Below, piece after piece: positions 1 to 12,269 of a DNA stretch of 64,000 nucleotides. Position 1 is the stretch's first letter; each line of letters begins with the position of its first letter. Location of the stretch: positions 173,354,001 through 173,418,000 of the forward strand of contig NC_086097.1 in NCBI RefSeq assembly GCF_963921235.1, in the 5' to 3' direction. The notes beneath the pieces are model-generated. The model was given only the letters and a program-made list of their open reading frames with translations, was not told the DNA's origin and made no database searches. The stretch is from Mobula hypostoma (Eukaryota). The position numbers were made by a program, and so were the translations under genes.

Positions 1-2959
1 AAAAATATCCTATTCATTAATGCATCACAGCTGCAACTTGTGTTACTTCATTTTTCCATGGTAACGTCCTTTCTGTTTCAAGGATCTGATTTCAGTTTGG
101 TAGCAACGTATCCCTCCATCAATATTGAACACATTCATGTGTTAAACATAAAGAGTTATTGCAAATTCCTGAAATAGAATCATTTCTTTTTAATTATGGT
201 TACATCAGAACTTGTAAATCCCAAATATATCATGTTCGTCATTTTCTTATATATGTTACGGTTGGAATTATATCTACTGGCAGGTGACTTAATCATATTT
301 TCAGCCTTTAATAGGAAATTAATTTAATTTCAAATAGTGCTAGTTTTTCATACTCTAAACATAGTCTAAAATTCCATTCTTTCATTAAAAACATTTTGTT
401 CATAATATAAATAACTTGTTGAGAATAGATCTGATTTCAACAAGCAGACTTCTACTCAATAACTACTCATTCACAATCCACTAATCCCAGCAATTGCATG
501 CCATATTAATTAACACGCACTTGGAAAGACTTCTCAATGCTGCCTAACTATTGTAATCAAATGTAACAGGCACAACTAAAATAGTGCTTTGTTCGATGCA
601 GTACAAGAAGTACTTGTAACATGATGGCTAACCAAAGATAATGAAGCAGAAGCTGCCAAAATAGTTTAAGAGCTGAAGCATAAACATTAAACTATTCTCA
701 ACTATCTGACAAGTTGGAAAATAACGGATGATAAAAGTTTTGGGAAAACTAAAGTAAAATAAGGAATATAAGATATTAACTGTTGCCACCCAACTACTCA
801 AAATGTGAATTAAGTTCAGAAGAATTTGAAGTAGACAAAATAATTATTTCATTAATTTGAAAATTGAACAAAAGGATTGAGCATCAATTCTACTTTGAGT
901 CACCTTTTGCTGCAAATGAAGTCTTTAACCAATGTCTTTTTGTCAGAAAATATGACCTACCATTAGCAATGTAGGTTATAAATTTCAGGATAGTACTCTT
1001 TGTAGTTTAGTTGATAATTATAACAATCTAACTAGTAATGTGAATATTATCCATTATACCTTGCAAAGAAGTTCTTTTTTACTATTTGAATGAAGCTTTG
1101 TAAAGTGATGCTGTAGTCACCCAAAAACCCTCTTGCAGCTGGCAACAGTGTCCTCAGCGGCAGTATGGTTAAGCCAGTGAAACAAGTTCACAGTCTCTGA
1201 AAAGTTATCTCTGTCACTGCTGAGACCTCTCAAGGGAAGGGCATCTTGATAATAATTTAATTATGGCTAGTGAAACCCATTTTTTTTGTCACTGGCCAGA
1301 AAGATGGCAAATATCCCTGCATACGAGGTGGCTAATACCAAATAAACTTGACTGCTAGTTTGGAATATCTAATTCAAGTCTTGCCTACACTAGGTTTAAC
1401 ATTATGAAATTAACATTTATCTAAATGAATAAAAATAAACATGAACTTGTCCAAACTTCTGCCAAGACCAACGACAGTTATACCTATAACTAGGCAATTC
1501 CAGAGTGGAGTGTTTATGGCAGCCTTCTGCTCACCCAAGTGGGGAGTTCTACCTTGGCCTTCTTGTGGAATCTGAGGATGCAGCATGAATAGAGACTCAC
1601 AAGCTGAGTAAGTTTGACAATAGGTGACACAGGGCCACATCACTGTCTTTGTCACTTCAGACAACCTCAAGCACTGGCAAAAGTGCAACCTTGAGTCTTG
1701 TTAATATGCTGGAAACTGAGGTAACCTAGCTCAGCAAAACATCTGTGATGTTGGAAATGTGAAGGAAAAAAATTCTTCACCAGTGAACAAGAACAAAAGA
1801 TAGTCATGTCTTAATTTCATTATTACTACTCGACAGCATCATTGGATATTTCTCTTCCTAAAATGTACAAAATTCCATAGCAAATATCTATCTAAAGTTT
1901 TGGATGCCCTTGAAAAACAAGGGTAGTACGTCAATCAGGCAAAATGGTATATCAACACTGTGTCTAATATTTCTCTATACAAAATCTGTCATTGCCAATA
2001 TTAGTATTACATTTTGTCTAGTTGATTGGCTATCACTGGGGACAGTATGTAGGAAAGCCACTGTAAAATTCCATAAGAGTGTCATCAGGAATGGAGCTCC
2101 AACAAACTTTGGGAATAGAGAGAACTAAATGCAAAGAAAATAAATGTAACTCATAACGTGGCTCTTGGTTGGTATAAATGATAAAAGTCTTAATAGAGAT
2201 TGGGAATTCACTGAATTTGTTTACCTATTTTGAAGGTTCAGTCATTACAAGTGTAAACTATCGTTCTCACAATCTGGTCTTTTGCTCCACAATCAATCTG
2301 AAATCACCATGCTTCATAAAAGTGACTGACTTTTAAAATGACTGACATCTGATGAGATATACTCCACATTATTTGCAACATTTTAATGATTAATGATAAA
2401 GTCAAGGAGGCTTCTAGTAAATCCAATTATAAAGACTTTTGTAGGACCCTAATCATATGTATCACACAAATGATTTTTACTTAAAACTCAATCATGTACA
2501 CAAACATAGAATTCACTCCCTAATGTTCATCCAGGGCCTTCCATGCATCATTCATCAGAGACAGGGATGGGATTGAGAAGCATTCATCATATATTTGGAG
2601 AATATTTGTGTAAAATTCTTTTGTACAACAGAGTTCCACATTTGATATGGGCCACTCACACCAAAGTAGGCTTGAACTGGAGCACTGGCCTTGTTTCAGT
2701 ATTCACCAAAGTACAGTGACCTTACACAGTGTAGGCCAATGCATACACAGACCTGTAGATAGTTCTGTCCACTTGTAGCTATGAACATCCTTGGATCTAC
2801 ATTTAGCATACCTACTCAACCATTCCCCAATAGACCACGAGCCAACTGACTATCAACTTATGAATCAAAATAATCTTATGAGCTCCATAAGTTTGATTGC
2901 ATGAACAAACCCATAGGCTCTCAATGGCCCCTTTTGCAGGCATGATCATAGGGAGCACA

Positions 2960-3250
2960 GGGAGCATACAGCACTACAATGCAGAAATAGTCCTTTCAGA
3001 CTACAATGTCTGAGCCAAACACGATGCCAAATTAAACAAAATCTTATTCCTATACATAATTCTTATACATCCATCCCCTGCATACTTGTCTGTCTACATG
3101 AAAGCCTTTTCAATGAGATTGTATTTGCATCCAATACTAACTGTGGCAGCTTATTCCAGACACACATCACTCTCTGTGTAAAAAAAAATCTTGCCCTGTA
3201 CACTTACTTTAAAATTTCCCTCTCTGGCCATAAATAAACATATCAGCCTC
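2960..3250 (-). mobile_element. decayed CR1 LINE 3' end
   Basis: Resembles the reverse complement of the CR1 3' tails seen elsewhere in the window (e.g. 47100-47308); heavily diverged. Confidence 0.45.
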
Positions 3251-3284
3251 TGACACTTCAGTGAAAACATCACAGAAAACTTCA

Positions 3285-3645
3285 GAGATGATGCCTCCTC
3301 ACTACTACCATCAGGCAGGAGGTACAGAAGTCTTGGCTCCCAGACCACCAGATTTAGGAACAGTAATTATCCTACAACCTTCAAGCTCCTGAACCAAAAT
3401 GTATTCATTCACCACTGCTCTGAAATGATTGTATGATGTACAAACTCACTTTCAAGAACTCCTTACATTTCATGTTCACAGTTTTATTTTTATCTGCACA
3501 ATTTGTCTTCTTCTGCACATTGGTTGTTTGTCAGTCTTATATTTTTCATAAAATTCTATTGCAGTTCTTTTTTCCCCTGTAAATGCCTGCAAGAAAATGA
3601 ATATCAAGGTTGTACTTAGATTGTGAATAGGTTGTATCAAGGTTG
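3285..3645 (+). mobile_element. Rex1/Babar-like LINE 3' fragment; its tail appears to resume at ~4714-4750 after the HERO insertion
   Basis: ctaccatcaggcaggaggtacagaagt (LPSGRRYRS), as in other Rex1 3' ends in this window, followed by a 3' UTR. Confidence 0.55.
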
Positions 3646-3653
3646 ACATTTAT

Positions 3654-4713
3654 CTTGGAATGTTCTGTGGCAGATGGAACCGCTCCGCATTTCTTTTCTA
3701 TGCAGAGCAATGTACGATCTGCTCCCAACACCTGCCAACCTCAGCACCTGGTATGAAGATAAGACAGACAGGTGTGCTGCTTGTGGCAAGAAGGGAACAC
3801 TTCAACATATTTTGAGTGCATGCAGTGTCAATCTTTCCAGCAGCATGCACACTTGGAGACATAACAAAGTTCTCAAAGTTGTGACAGAAGCGATTGAGCA
3901 GAGAGTGCTGCAGCACAACTTATCTCATGCCCCATGCTGCACAGAACATCGCATATCATTTGTGAAAGAAGGCTCCAAGTCAAGGGTGTACAGTGTAGGC
4001 TCACGATCAAGCATACTTTCTTCAGCCAATGATTGGTGTGTCAAGGCCAACATGGATGGGAAAGACAGTTTCCCGGAGCAAATAGCTTTCACAACATTGT
4101 GTCCAGATATAATCGTATGGTCTGACAGCAGTAGAGAAGCGGTTATTGGTGAACTCACAGTCCCCTGGGAAGACAACATCGATGAAGCCCATGAGCGCAA
4201 GTTCACCAAGTATGCAGAATTAAGATCAGAGTGCAGAGACAGAGGGTGGAAGGTCTCAAGCTATCCATTTGAAGTAGGCTGCCGTGGGTTTATTGCGTTC
4301 ACTCTCCAGAAGTGGCTGCGTGACCTTGGCTTCACTAGAAGAAAGATCAAGTCAACCAGCAGGGCTGTAGCTGAGGCAGCAGAGAAAGGATCAGTATGGG
4401 TGTGGACCAAGTACGTCCAGAGGGGCAGATAGTCAGACAGTGTATACCTATCTTGCAAACCCTTCAGTAGTTGCATAGACACCTGAAGAGCAGACTATCT
4501 GTTGGATGGAAGTGACTGATAGAGGCAGATGCCAAGTTTTTAAGCTCACCAGTGGGAGGTGGTGCTTTAGCACTGCTGGCCCATGCCTTGAGGGAGTCTT
4601 GATCATAAGCGGGCCAAAACTCCTGAAGCCAGGTGGCAGATCAACTGATGATCCCACTGGTGATAGCACAGGACAGTTAACACCTTAGTCCAAGTGTATT
4701 TTTAACTCTAGTA
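3654..4713 (+). mobile_element. 5'-truncated HERO-like non-LTR retrotransposon (R2 group, restriction-like endonuclease)
   Basis: Contains ORF 3674-4432 plus a ~280 bp 3' UTR; flanked by ACATTTAT at 3646-3653 and 4714-4721. Confidence 0.8.
3674..4432 (+). CDS. C-terminal part of a HERO-like polyprotein (CCHC knuckle + RLE endonuclease); truncated remnant, RT absent
   Basis: YDLLPTP; CAAC-x7-H-x4-C; WRHN; CPDIIVW (family RPD); ELTVPWE; RKFTKY; FEVGCRGF. Confidence 0.8.
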   Translation: MEPLRISFLCRAMYDLLPTPANLSTWYEDKTDRCAACGKKGTLQHILSACSVNLSSSMHTWRHNKVLKVVTEAIEQRVLQHNLSHAPCCTEHRISFVKEGSKSRVYSVGSRSSILSSANDWCVKANMDGKDSFPEQIAFTTLCPDIIVWSDSSREAVIGELTVPWEDNIDEAHERKFTKYAELRSECRDRGWKVSSYPFEVGCRGFIAFTLQKWLRDLGFTRRKIKSTSRAVAEAAEKGSVWVWTKYVQRGR

Positions 4714-4800
4714 ACATTTATATACACAATGATAAAAAAAATTCTTTGAACAAAAGGTTGTCCAGTTTCTTCTTATAGTTCATACCATTGAATCCTGACA

Positions 4801-5370
4801 ACATCATAGAAACATAGAACATAGAAAACGTACAGCACAGTACAGGCCTTTCAGCCCACAAAGCTGTGCCAAACATGTCTCTACCTTAGAACCATCTAGG
4901 CTTTACCCATAGCCCTCTATTTTTCTAAGCTCCATGTACCTATCCAGGAGTCTCTTAATAGACCCTATTATTTCCGCCTCCACCACCGCCGCTGGCAGCC
5001 CATTGCACGCACTCACCACTCCCTGACATCTCCCTCTGTACCTGCTTCCAAGCACCTTAAAACTATGCCCTCTCATGCTAGCCATTTCAGCCCTGGGGAA
5101 ATGCCTCTGACTATCCAACGATCAATGTCATCCTGGGAAGACCCTTCTGCACCCTTTTCAAAATCTACATATCCTTCCAATAACGAGGTGACCAGAACTA
5201 AGCAGCCAAACAAAACGTTTGCATTAAAATGTAACGTGACTTCCTTACTCTTACAGCCATTGCTCGCACCAATGAAGGCAAGCAAGCCATAAACTTTCAT
5301 TACCACCCTATCTACTCATGTGGCCACTTTCGGAGAGCTTTTCGACTTGCACCTCATGATCCTTCTGCAA
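4801..5370 (-). mobile_element. CR1 LINE 3' fragments
   Basis: (ACATAGA)n tail; minus ORF DSQRHFPRAEMASMRGHSFKV matches the CR1 ORF2 C-terminus (cf. 32577, 47000). Confidence 0.75.
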
Positions 5371-5514
5371 ATCAGTGCTGTTAAAAGTAAAGTTATTCAA
5401 GGCATTCTTTCCCCTTACACAAAGTCAACTACACATAATTGCTCACACTCATATTCACAACATCTCCACCCAACCCATCCCATGAACTACAGACAATGTA
5501 ATCACCTACATTAA

Positions 5515-6565
5515 GGCTACGTCCACAGTACGCCAGATAATTTTGAAAACGAAGCTTTTTCTCTTCGTTTTGACCCTCCGTCCGCACTAAAGTGGTGTTT
5601 TCATCCCTGGAAAACGGAGATTTTCAGAAACGGTCTCCAGAGTGAATAAATCTGAAAACGCCTAATATCTGTTGTAGTGTGTACGGGGTAAACAGAGAGA
5701 TTTAAAAACGCTGTCATGACAACACCACAACAACAATGCTTTTTCTGCTTCTGCTTGGTACTGCGCAAGCAGTGCCGTACGGCTGTTATAACGCACAGTC
5801 GGTGTGAACGGCGTGAGAATTAAATTGTAAAGTGAGCTTTTTTGACTATTTAAAAACGCTGTCACGACGTGCCGGAACAGATGGCCGCAGCGCGGCATTT
5901 CGTTGTTTTCTTGAACGCAACCCCCACATAACCAAACAATTTCAGAACAGACGGCAACGAGACTGAAGCCAGAAGAGTTAGAAATGTACTCACCAAATAC
6001 TTTGACCCATAGTTTACTGAATAAATAAGTATACTCACTTTGCCCTGTTTTCTGTCCTTGCTTACATGAAGCTGGTTTACCTATTTATGCAAGTACTTCT
6101 CTGACAATAGATGTGTAACAGCCTAATGTAACGTTATATGGAAATACAAGATAACACTGATGCAGACATGTTTTATACATTTAACAAGGTGATTTATTAA
6201 TGTAACAGAGTTAGTCAGTTTTTCAATGTTCGTCGTCAGCCAGGTCATACTGTCCCTGAACTCCCTGTCGGTTGCCTCCATACGCTCCAGTATTTGTTTT
6301 TTTTAGTTTTAAGTCCTCCTGCGCGACAGCCAACAGCAATTCCTTTTAAGTTTTTCTATTCTGTAACTGGACAAATGCGCACTAGTATACCGTTTCCTCT
6401 TCGCTTCTTTTCTGTGTGTCCTGCGCGTGCCCAGTGGAGGACATTCGCCCAAGTATCCGTGTTAGTGTGGACAGAGATAGTTTGAAAAACGCTTAGTGTG
6501 CACGCCTGTCGTTTTTACTCGAAACCGGTGTTTTCAAAATTATCTGGCGTAGTGTGGACATAGCC
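5515..6565. mobile_element. non-autonomous PIF/Harbinger DNA transposon (1051 bp)
   Basis: 36-bp TIRs GGCTACGTCCACAGTACGCCAGATAATTTTGAAAAC / revcomp GGCTATGTCCACACTACGCCAGATAATTTTGAAAAC (2 mismatches); TAA TSD at 5512-5514 and 6566-6568; CpG-rich interior. Confidence 0.9.
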
Positions 6566-7909
6566 TAAACCTCAAATAAAACTGAATTTCATTGCTGATT
6601 CCCTTCCCAACATTGTTTTATCATGGTTTAACTAGCCTTCCACAATATTGGTCCCTTTGTATTCTGAATACAAATGTGTGGTAGAAAAGCAAACCAAAAA
6701 GAATATCTTAAGAACGAAAAAATGAGAGAACAATGAACATCAAAGATTTACAAACATGGATTTGTCTGTGAAGTGTCACTGAATTTGCAAAGAATTCTTA
6801 AGGCTGAACATGAAGGAAACAAGATTCAAACTTCAGTCCAATTGGACCACAAATAAGCAGAAATATCATCACAGTCAAGTATCAATGTGGGCCACGTCTC
6901 TGCTTGGCAGAAAAGGACTTGCAGCTGTGAAACCATCTCAGACTCTGTAGTGGTTGTACGTGTTGACTCCAGGACTACAGGATGCAGTTCTGACAGCTCT
7001 GGCCACATTTCTTTTACAATTGACACTGCTCTTCTCAACTGGTTGATGTGTTGTAGATAATATCAGGTGCAATTCCACTGTGTAGGAGAATAGTCTACTC
7101 TTTATGAGAACCCACTTTTGATCACCTCTGTAGTTCTTCGCCAGGACTGCCTGTCCAGGAGTGAAATATCAAACCTCCTTATTTTAGGAGCCTTCAAATT
7201 GTCTCAGCTGCTTGTCCTGTGTATTGTTTCTGAGACTGGGTTTGAGGAGATCCAAGCGTGAGCACAATGGACTACACAGGAGTAGCATTGCTGGAGGGGT
7301 GTTGGTTGTGGAGTGTGCTGCATTGCAATATGCAAGGAGAAAAGTAAAGACCTTCTGATTCAGAGTCAGTGTAGTATGTTCTGCTGACATTGTTCAAAGT
7401 GCATCTTTAGACTCTGGATAAACCTTTCTGTTAAGCCATTTGTAGCTGTGTGGAGTAGCACAGATGTAATATGTCTTATTCCATTCATTTTTAGGGATGA
7501 GTGAAACTGTTGCACAACAAACTGTGGTCCATTGTCACTGACTAAGTATTCAGGAACACCAATCCTTGAGACTTCTCAACACATCAACAGTGCACGAGAC
7601 TACAGTGGAGGCTATTAGGGACACTTCTGGCTACTTTGTAGCTGCATCCACTACTACCAAGACATTTGTACCCATGAAAGGTCCAGACATTTGTACCCAT
7701 GACATTTGTACCCATGAAATCCACATGAATCCTCTGCCAAAGAAATGCAAGCAATTCCCAAGGAGAGATGCTGCTCTAAGAATTTTCTGGACGTATTAGC
7801 ATCCCGAAGAGTGCATAGCAAGCAGCTCAATCTGCTGATCTATCCCAGGCCACAAGACAAAGCTTTGAGCCAATGCTTTCATTTTGATCACACCTAGATG
7901 AGCAGTATG

Positions 7910-8327
7910 GGCCCCACCTCCCCCTCGTACCCCATCTTTTTATGCACACATTCTTTCTCTCACTCTCCTTTTTCTCCCTCTGTCCCTCTGAATATACCTC
8001 TTGCCCATCCTCTGGATCCCCCCCCCCTTGTCTTTCTTCCCGGACCTCCTGTCCCATGATCCTCTCGTATCCCCTTTTGCCTATCACCTGTCCAGCTCTT
8101 GGCTCTATCCCTCCCCCTCCTGTCTTCTCCTATCATTTTGGATCTCCCCCTCCCCATCTAACTTTCAAATTCCTTACTCACTCTTCCTTCAGTTAGTCCT
8201 GACGAAGGGTCTCGGCCTGAAACGTCGACTGCACCTCTTCCTACAGATGCTGCTTGGCCTGCTGCGTTCACCAGCAACTTTGATGTGTGTTGCTTGAATT
8301 TCCAGCATCTGCAGAATTCCTGTTGTT
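7910..8327 (+). mobile_element. Penelope-like element 3' end (pLTR) with hammerhead motif
   Basis: Same sequence as that following the GIY-YIG C-terminus at 17210-17638; perfect 15-bp TSD TAGATGAGCAGTATG at 7895-7909 and 8328-8342. Confidence 0.85.
8195..8230 (+). ncRNA. minimal type-I hammerhead ribozyme motif, core intact
   Basis: AGTC|CTGACGA|A|GGGT-CTCG-GCCT|GAAA|CGTC|GACT; helix I AGTC/GACT, palindromic ACGT helix III, predicted cleavage after GUC at 8226. Confidence 0.8.
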
Positions 8328-9045
8328 TAGATGAGCAGTATGTAGCTCCTCCAACACTTTAGAACTCAGCTTGGATGATACAACAACTCTCAATGCCCAC
8401 ATAAGGCAACCTCCAACAGGGGCAAGTTTATCCTGGCTATGGTAAAATGAGGGAGTTGGAATATCTGCTACATATTTCAGCCATTTTGAGTTGTCATGTA
8501 CATTTCAGACATTGTGGGGTCTTTACTGGTTTCCCTTTGGATCTTCTCTGCTGTAATAGGAAGACTTTCGATTTGCATAAGGAAGAATATGTTAAGTGTT
8601 CTATTTGGTAGAATTTTTCCAGCTATTTCCTTTCCCAAGGGTTAAAAGCACAATCCATCAGCCTTTCCATGATTAGTTGTCCTCTTGAATTTGATCTTGT
8701 AAATGTGCCCTCCAAGAAACAGAGCCCACCTCTGCATTCTTGCTGCTGCTGTTTGTGGAACACCCTTCCGTGGATTAAAAATGCACACTGGTGGTTGATG
8801 ATCAGTCACGAGGATAAACTCTCTCCCATATAAGTACTTGTAGAGATGTTTCACATCCCAAATCAGATTCAAGGTCTCTAAGTCAATCTGTGCATAATTT
8901 TTCTCTGCAGAAGTAAGGAAAGGTGATACAGAGGCTGTGGGGTGTTCACTTCCATTATTCATGAAACATGACCTGACTGCACCTATACCATAAGGCGAGA
9001 TGTCACAGACAAGATTCATTGGACAATGTGGAACATAATGTGTGA

Positions 9046-10902
9046 ATATCAAAGTGGATGGTAAAAGTTTTTTCAAGTATGTTAAAAATAAAAGAGAAAT
9101 GACAGTGGATATAGGACCGCTAGAAAATGAGGCCGGAGAAATAATTACGGGGGACAAGGAGATGGCTGATGAACCAAATGAGTATTTTGCATCAGTCTTC
9201 ACTGTGGAAGACACCAGCAGTATGCCTGATGTTGTCATGTGTATAGGAAGAGATAAGGGTGCAGTTACTGTTACAATAGAGAAGGTGCTCAAAAAGCTGA
9301 AAGACCTAAAGGTACATAAGTCACCCGGACCAGAGGAACTGTACCCTAGGGTTCTGAAAGAGGTAGAGATTATGGTGGCATTAGAAATGATCTTTCAAAA
9401 ATCATTGGACTGGGCTTGGTGCCAGAGGACTGGAAAATTGCAAATGTTACTCCACTCTTTAAGAAAGGAGGAAGGCAGCAGAAAGGAATTATAGACCAGT
9501 TAGCCTGACCTCAGTGGTTGGGAAGACATTAGAGTCAATTGTTAAGGATGAGCTAATAGAGTATTTGGCGACACAGGACAAGATAGTACAAAGTCAGCAT
9601 GGTTTCCTTCAGGGAAAATCCTGCCCAACGATGCTGTTGGAATGTTTTGAGGAGATTACAAGTAGGATAGATAAAGGGGATGCAGTGGATGTTATATATT
9701 TGGACTTTCAGAAGGCCTTTGACAAGATGCCACACATGAGGCTGCTTACCAAGTTAAGAGCCCATGGTATTAGAAGAAAGTTACTGGCATGGTTAGAGCA
9801 TTGGCTGATTGATAGGAGGCAGCAAGTTCAAATAAAAGGATCCTTTTCTGGTTCGCTGCCGGTAACTAGTGGTGTTCCGTAAGGGTTGGTGTTGGTACCG
9901 CTTCTTTTTATGCTGTATATCAATGATTTAGATGATGGAATAGATGGCTGTGTTGACAAGTTTGCAGATAATATGAAGATAAGTGTAGGTGCAGGTCGTG
10001 TTGAGGAAACAGGAAAGCTGCAGAAGGACTTAGACAGGTTAGAAGAATGGGCAAGAGAGTGGCAAATTAAATACAATGTTGGAAAATGCATGGTCATGCA
10101 CTTTAGTAGAAGAAATAAATGTGCAGACTATTTTCTAAATGGGGAGAAATTACAGGAATCTGAGATGCAGAGGGCCTTGGGAGTCCTTGTGCAGAACACC
10201 CTGAAGGTTAACTTGCGGGTTGAGTCAGTGGTGAGGAAGACAAATGCCATGTTAGCATTCATTTCAAGAGGTCCAGAAAACAAGAGCAAGGATGTGATGC
10301 TGAGGCTTTATAAGGCACTGGTGAGGCCTCACTTTGAGTATTGTGAACAGTTTTGGGCCCCTCATCTTAGAAAAGATGTGCTGGCATTGGAGAGGGTCCA
10401 GAGAAGGTTCACAAGGATGATTCCAGGAATTAAAGCGTGATCATATGAAGAACATTTGATGGCTCTGGGTCTGTACTCACTGGAATTTAGAAGGATGAGG
10501 GGGATCTCATTGAAACCTTTCGAATGTTGAAAAGCCTAGACAGAGTAGAAGTGGAAAGGATGTTTCCTATGGTAGGGGAGTCTAGAACAAGAGGGCACAG
10601 CCTCAGGATAGAGGGCTGCCCTTTCAAAACAGAGATGCAGAGAAATTTCTTTAGCCAAAGGGTGGTGAATTTGTAGAATTTGTTGCCACGTGCAGCTGTG
10701 GAGGCCAAGTCATTGGGTGTATTTAAGGCAGAAATTGATCAGTTCTTGATTGGCCATGGCGTCAAAAGTTACGGGGAGAAGGCTGGGAACTGGGGTTGAG
10801 GAGGAGATAGAAAAAAAGAATCAGCCATGATTGAATGGCGGAGAAGACTCAATGGGCCAGATGGCCTAATTTTGCTCCTATGTCTTATGATCTTATAGTC
10901 TT
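9046..10902 (+). mobile_element. 5'-truncated CR1 LINE (RT region with stops/frameshifts)
   Basis: KSPGP, YLDFQKAFDK, SGVP, KFADN, RPHFEYC motifs; (TCTTATG/A)n tail; Gypsy sequence resumes on both sides. Confidence 0.9.
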
Positions 10903-12269
10903 ATACTCTGTCTGAAATCCCATTTCCTTTACCTTGTTCAAAGCCTCCTGACATAACTTTGACCATTGCCATTTCTTCTCCCAATCTGTAGAAATGAGTT
11001 CAAGGTGTACAGCACGGTAGCCAAATTTAGCAGCAATCTGTTACAATAATTGAGAAATCCTGAAAAGGAGCACAACTGTGACATGTCCTTTGGCCTTGGG
11101 GCATCCACCATTGTTTGAATTTTCAAATGTCATCCTTGAACACTGTTGTGACATCATTCAGTCCCTTTCCTAATTCACTTGTAGATGACTCTACTGCAGG
11201 GGATGTGGCATGCAAATTGTGGATGGATCGCCAATCAAGTTGTGGTTGTCTCAGCCAATCACAAGCCCAAAATGATGGCCCTCCTATTTTTACCCCATAC
11301 AAACCCAATATGGCTTGTTGGTTGTTGTATTTCACTGGTACGAATGTCATTTTCACAGGAATTATCTTCTAACCCGTATAAGTTCTTAGTCAAATATCAG
11401 CAGGCTTCATTTCAGTAACTTTGAAATGCCATTCAAACTCATGTTGTGGAATAACTGAAAAAGCCGAGCCAGTGACCAATTCCACTGTAATTAATTGGAA
11501 ACTTTTCAAAACTGGATCTTGACTTTTTATCATTTTTTTCTTCCCTGTGCAGTCCAATAATTTTTGTACCCCTGACATGCTCTTTGCATGTGTCCTACTT
11601 TGCTGCATTTTCTACAAGTTCCACCTTTAACCCTGAATTGGTCTGATGTACATGGGCCTCTGCCACAACGGTAACACAATTTTGTTCATGCTCACTTTCA
11701 TTCCTGAGTGCAACTCAATTGCACCTCTATCTGTAGTTTCCATTGGTGCAACTACTTCAACTCCTCTTTCAATTGTGAGTTGTGCTTCAGTTAGCAGATG
11801 TTTTTGAATACTTTCTTGTAAGATTTCACGAACTAAACAAGCTCTCAGTGCACCATTATGCTCATCACTAAATTGATAATGCTCAATTTTTTCAATTCAG
11901 CCATGTACAGTACGTTGAAATGGGACTCCCCTTCCTTTTCATTAGCTATTTCATTTGCTTCAAAACACAGCTCAATTTGTTAAGTATGCATATTCCACTT
12001 ACTTCTTGCACAGTCTTGTACCTTTCTTTCCAATGTAGTCAGCCATTTCTGCTTCTTTACTATTTATGATTATCATCATCTGGTACTCACTGTTTATGAA
12101 CCCGTGAGCTAGTCTGTATTCTGTCTTTTTTTCACTCGACTGTCTTCTCCTCATTCAAGTATAACAGTATTTATGCATAATTTTCTATATGGGACAGTTA
12201 ACTTTTGTTTTAGTTGCAGAATGTGGGCATCCCTGATAAGGACAGAGTTACCAATATCACTAAGCCTGA

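Larger units (their letters stand above)
6790..12150 (-). mobile_element. decayed Ty3/Gypsy LTR retrotransposon internal region (gag, protease, RNase H, integrase; RT core deleted), interrupted by a PLE (7910-8327) and a CR1 (9046-10902)
   Basis: gag start MADYIGK ~12045; CYRCGR..CRKC..GH knuckle ~11580-11680; protease ELVTGSAFSVI; RNase H CDISPYGIGAV/NYAQID/LVTDHQP/RMQRWAL; integrase VSDNGPQF, FLLAYCNAAHSTT; no LTR pair recognised. Confidence 0.85.

Noticed and set aside
1601..1673. Possible 73-nt minus-strand exon (ttttgccag|...CTT|gtgagt; CLRLSEVTKTVMWPCVTYCQTYSA)
   Set aside because: Weak exonic donor context, short pyrimidine tract and no recognisable peptide; such sites occur by chance
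6570..6790. Gypsy LTR pair (with ~12050-12250)
   Set aside because: No TG..CA-bounded direct repeat found on both sides
7661..7717. Three copies of GACATTTGTACCCATGA, superficially CRISPR-like
   Set aside because: Local slippage duplication inside a Gypsy integrase relic; no unique spacers and no cas genes
7827..8297. Low-complexity ORFs (G/R/E-rich or P/S/L-rich) here and at 17190-17820, 33948-34548, 48253-48607
   Set aside because: By-products of the purine/pyrimidine strand asymmetry of PLE pLTRs
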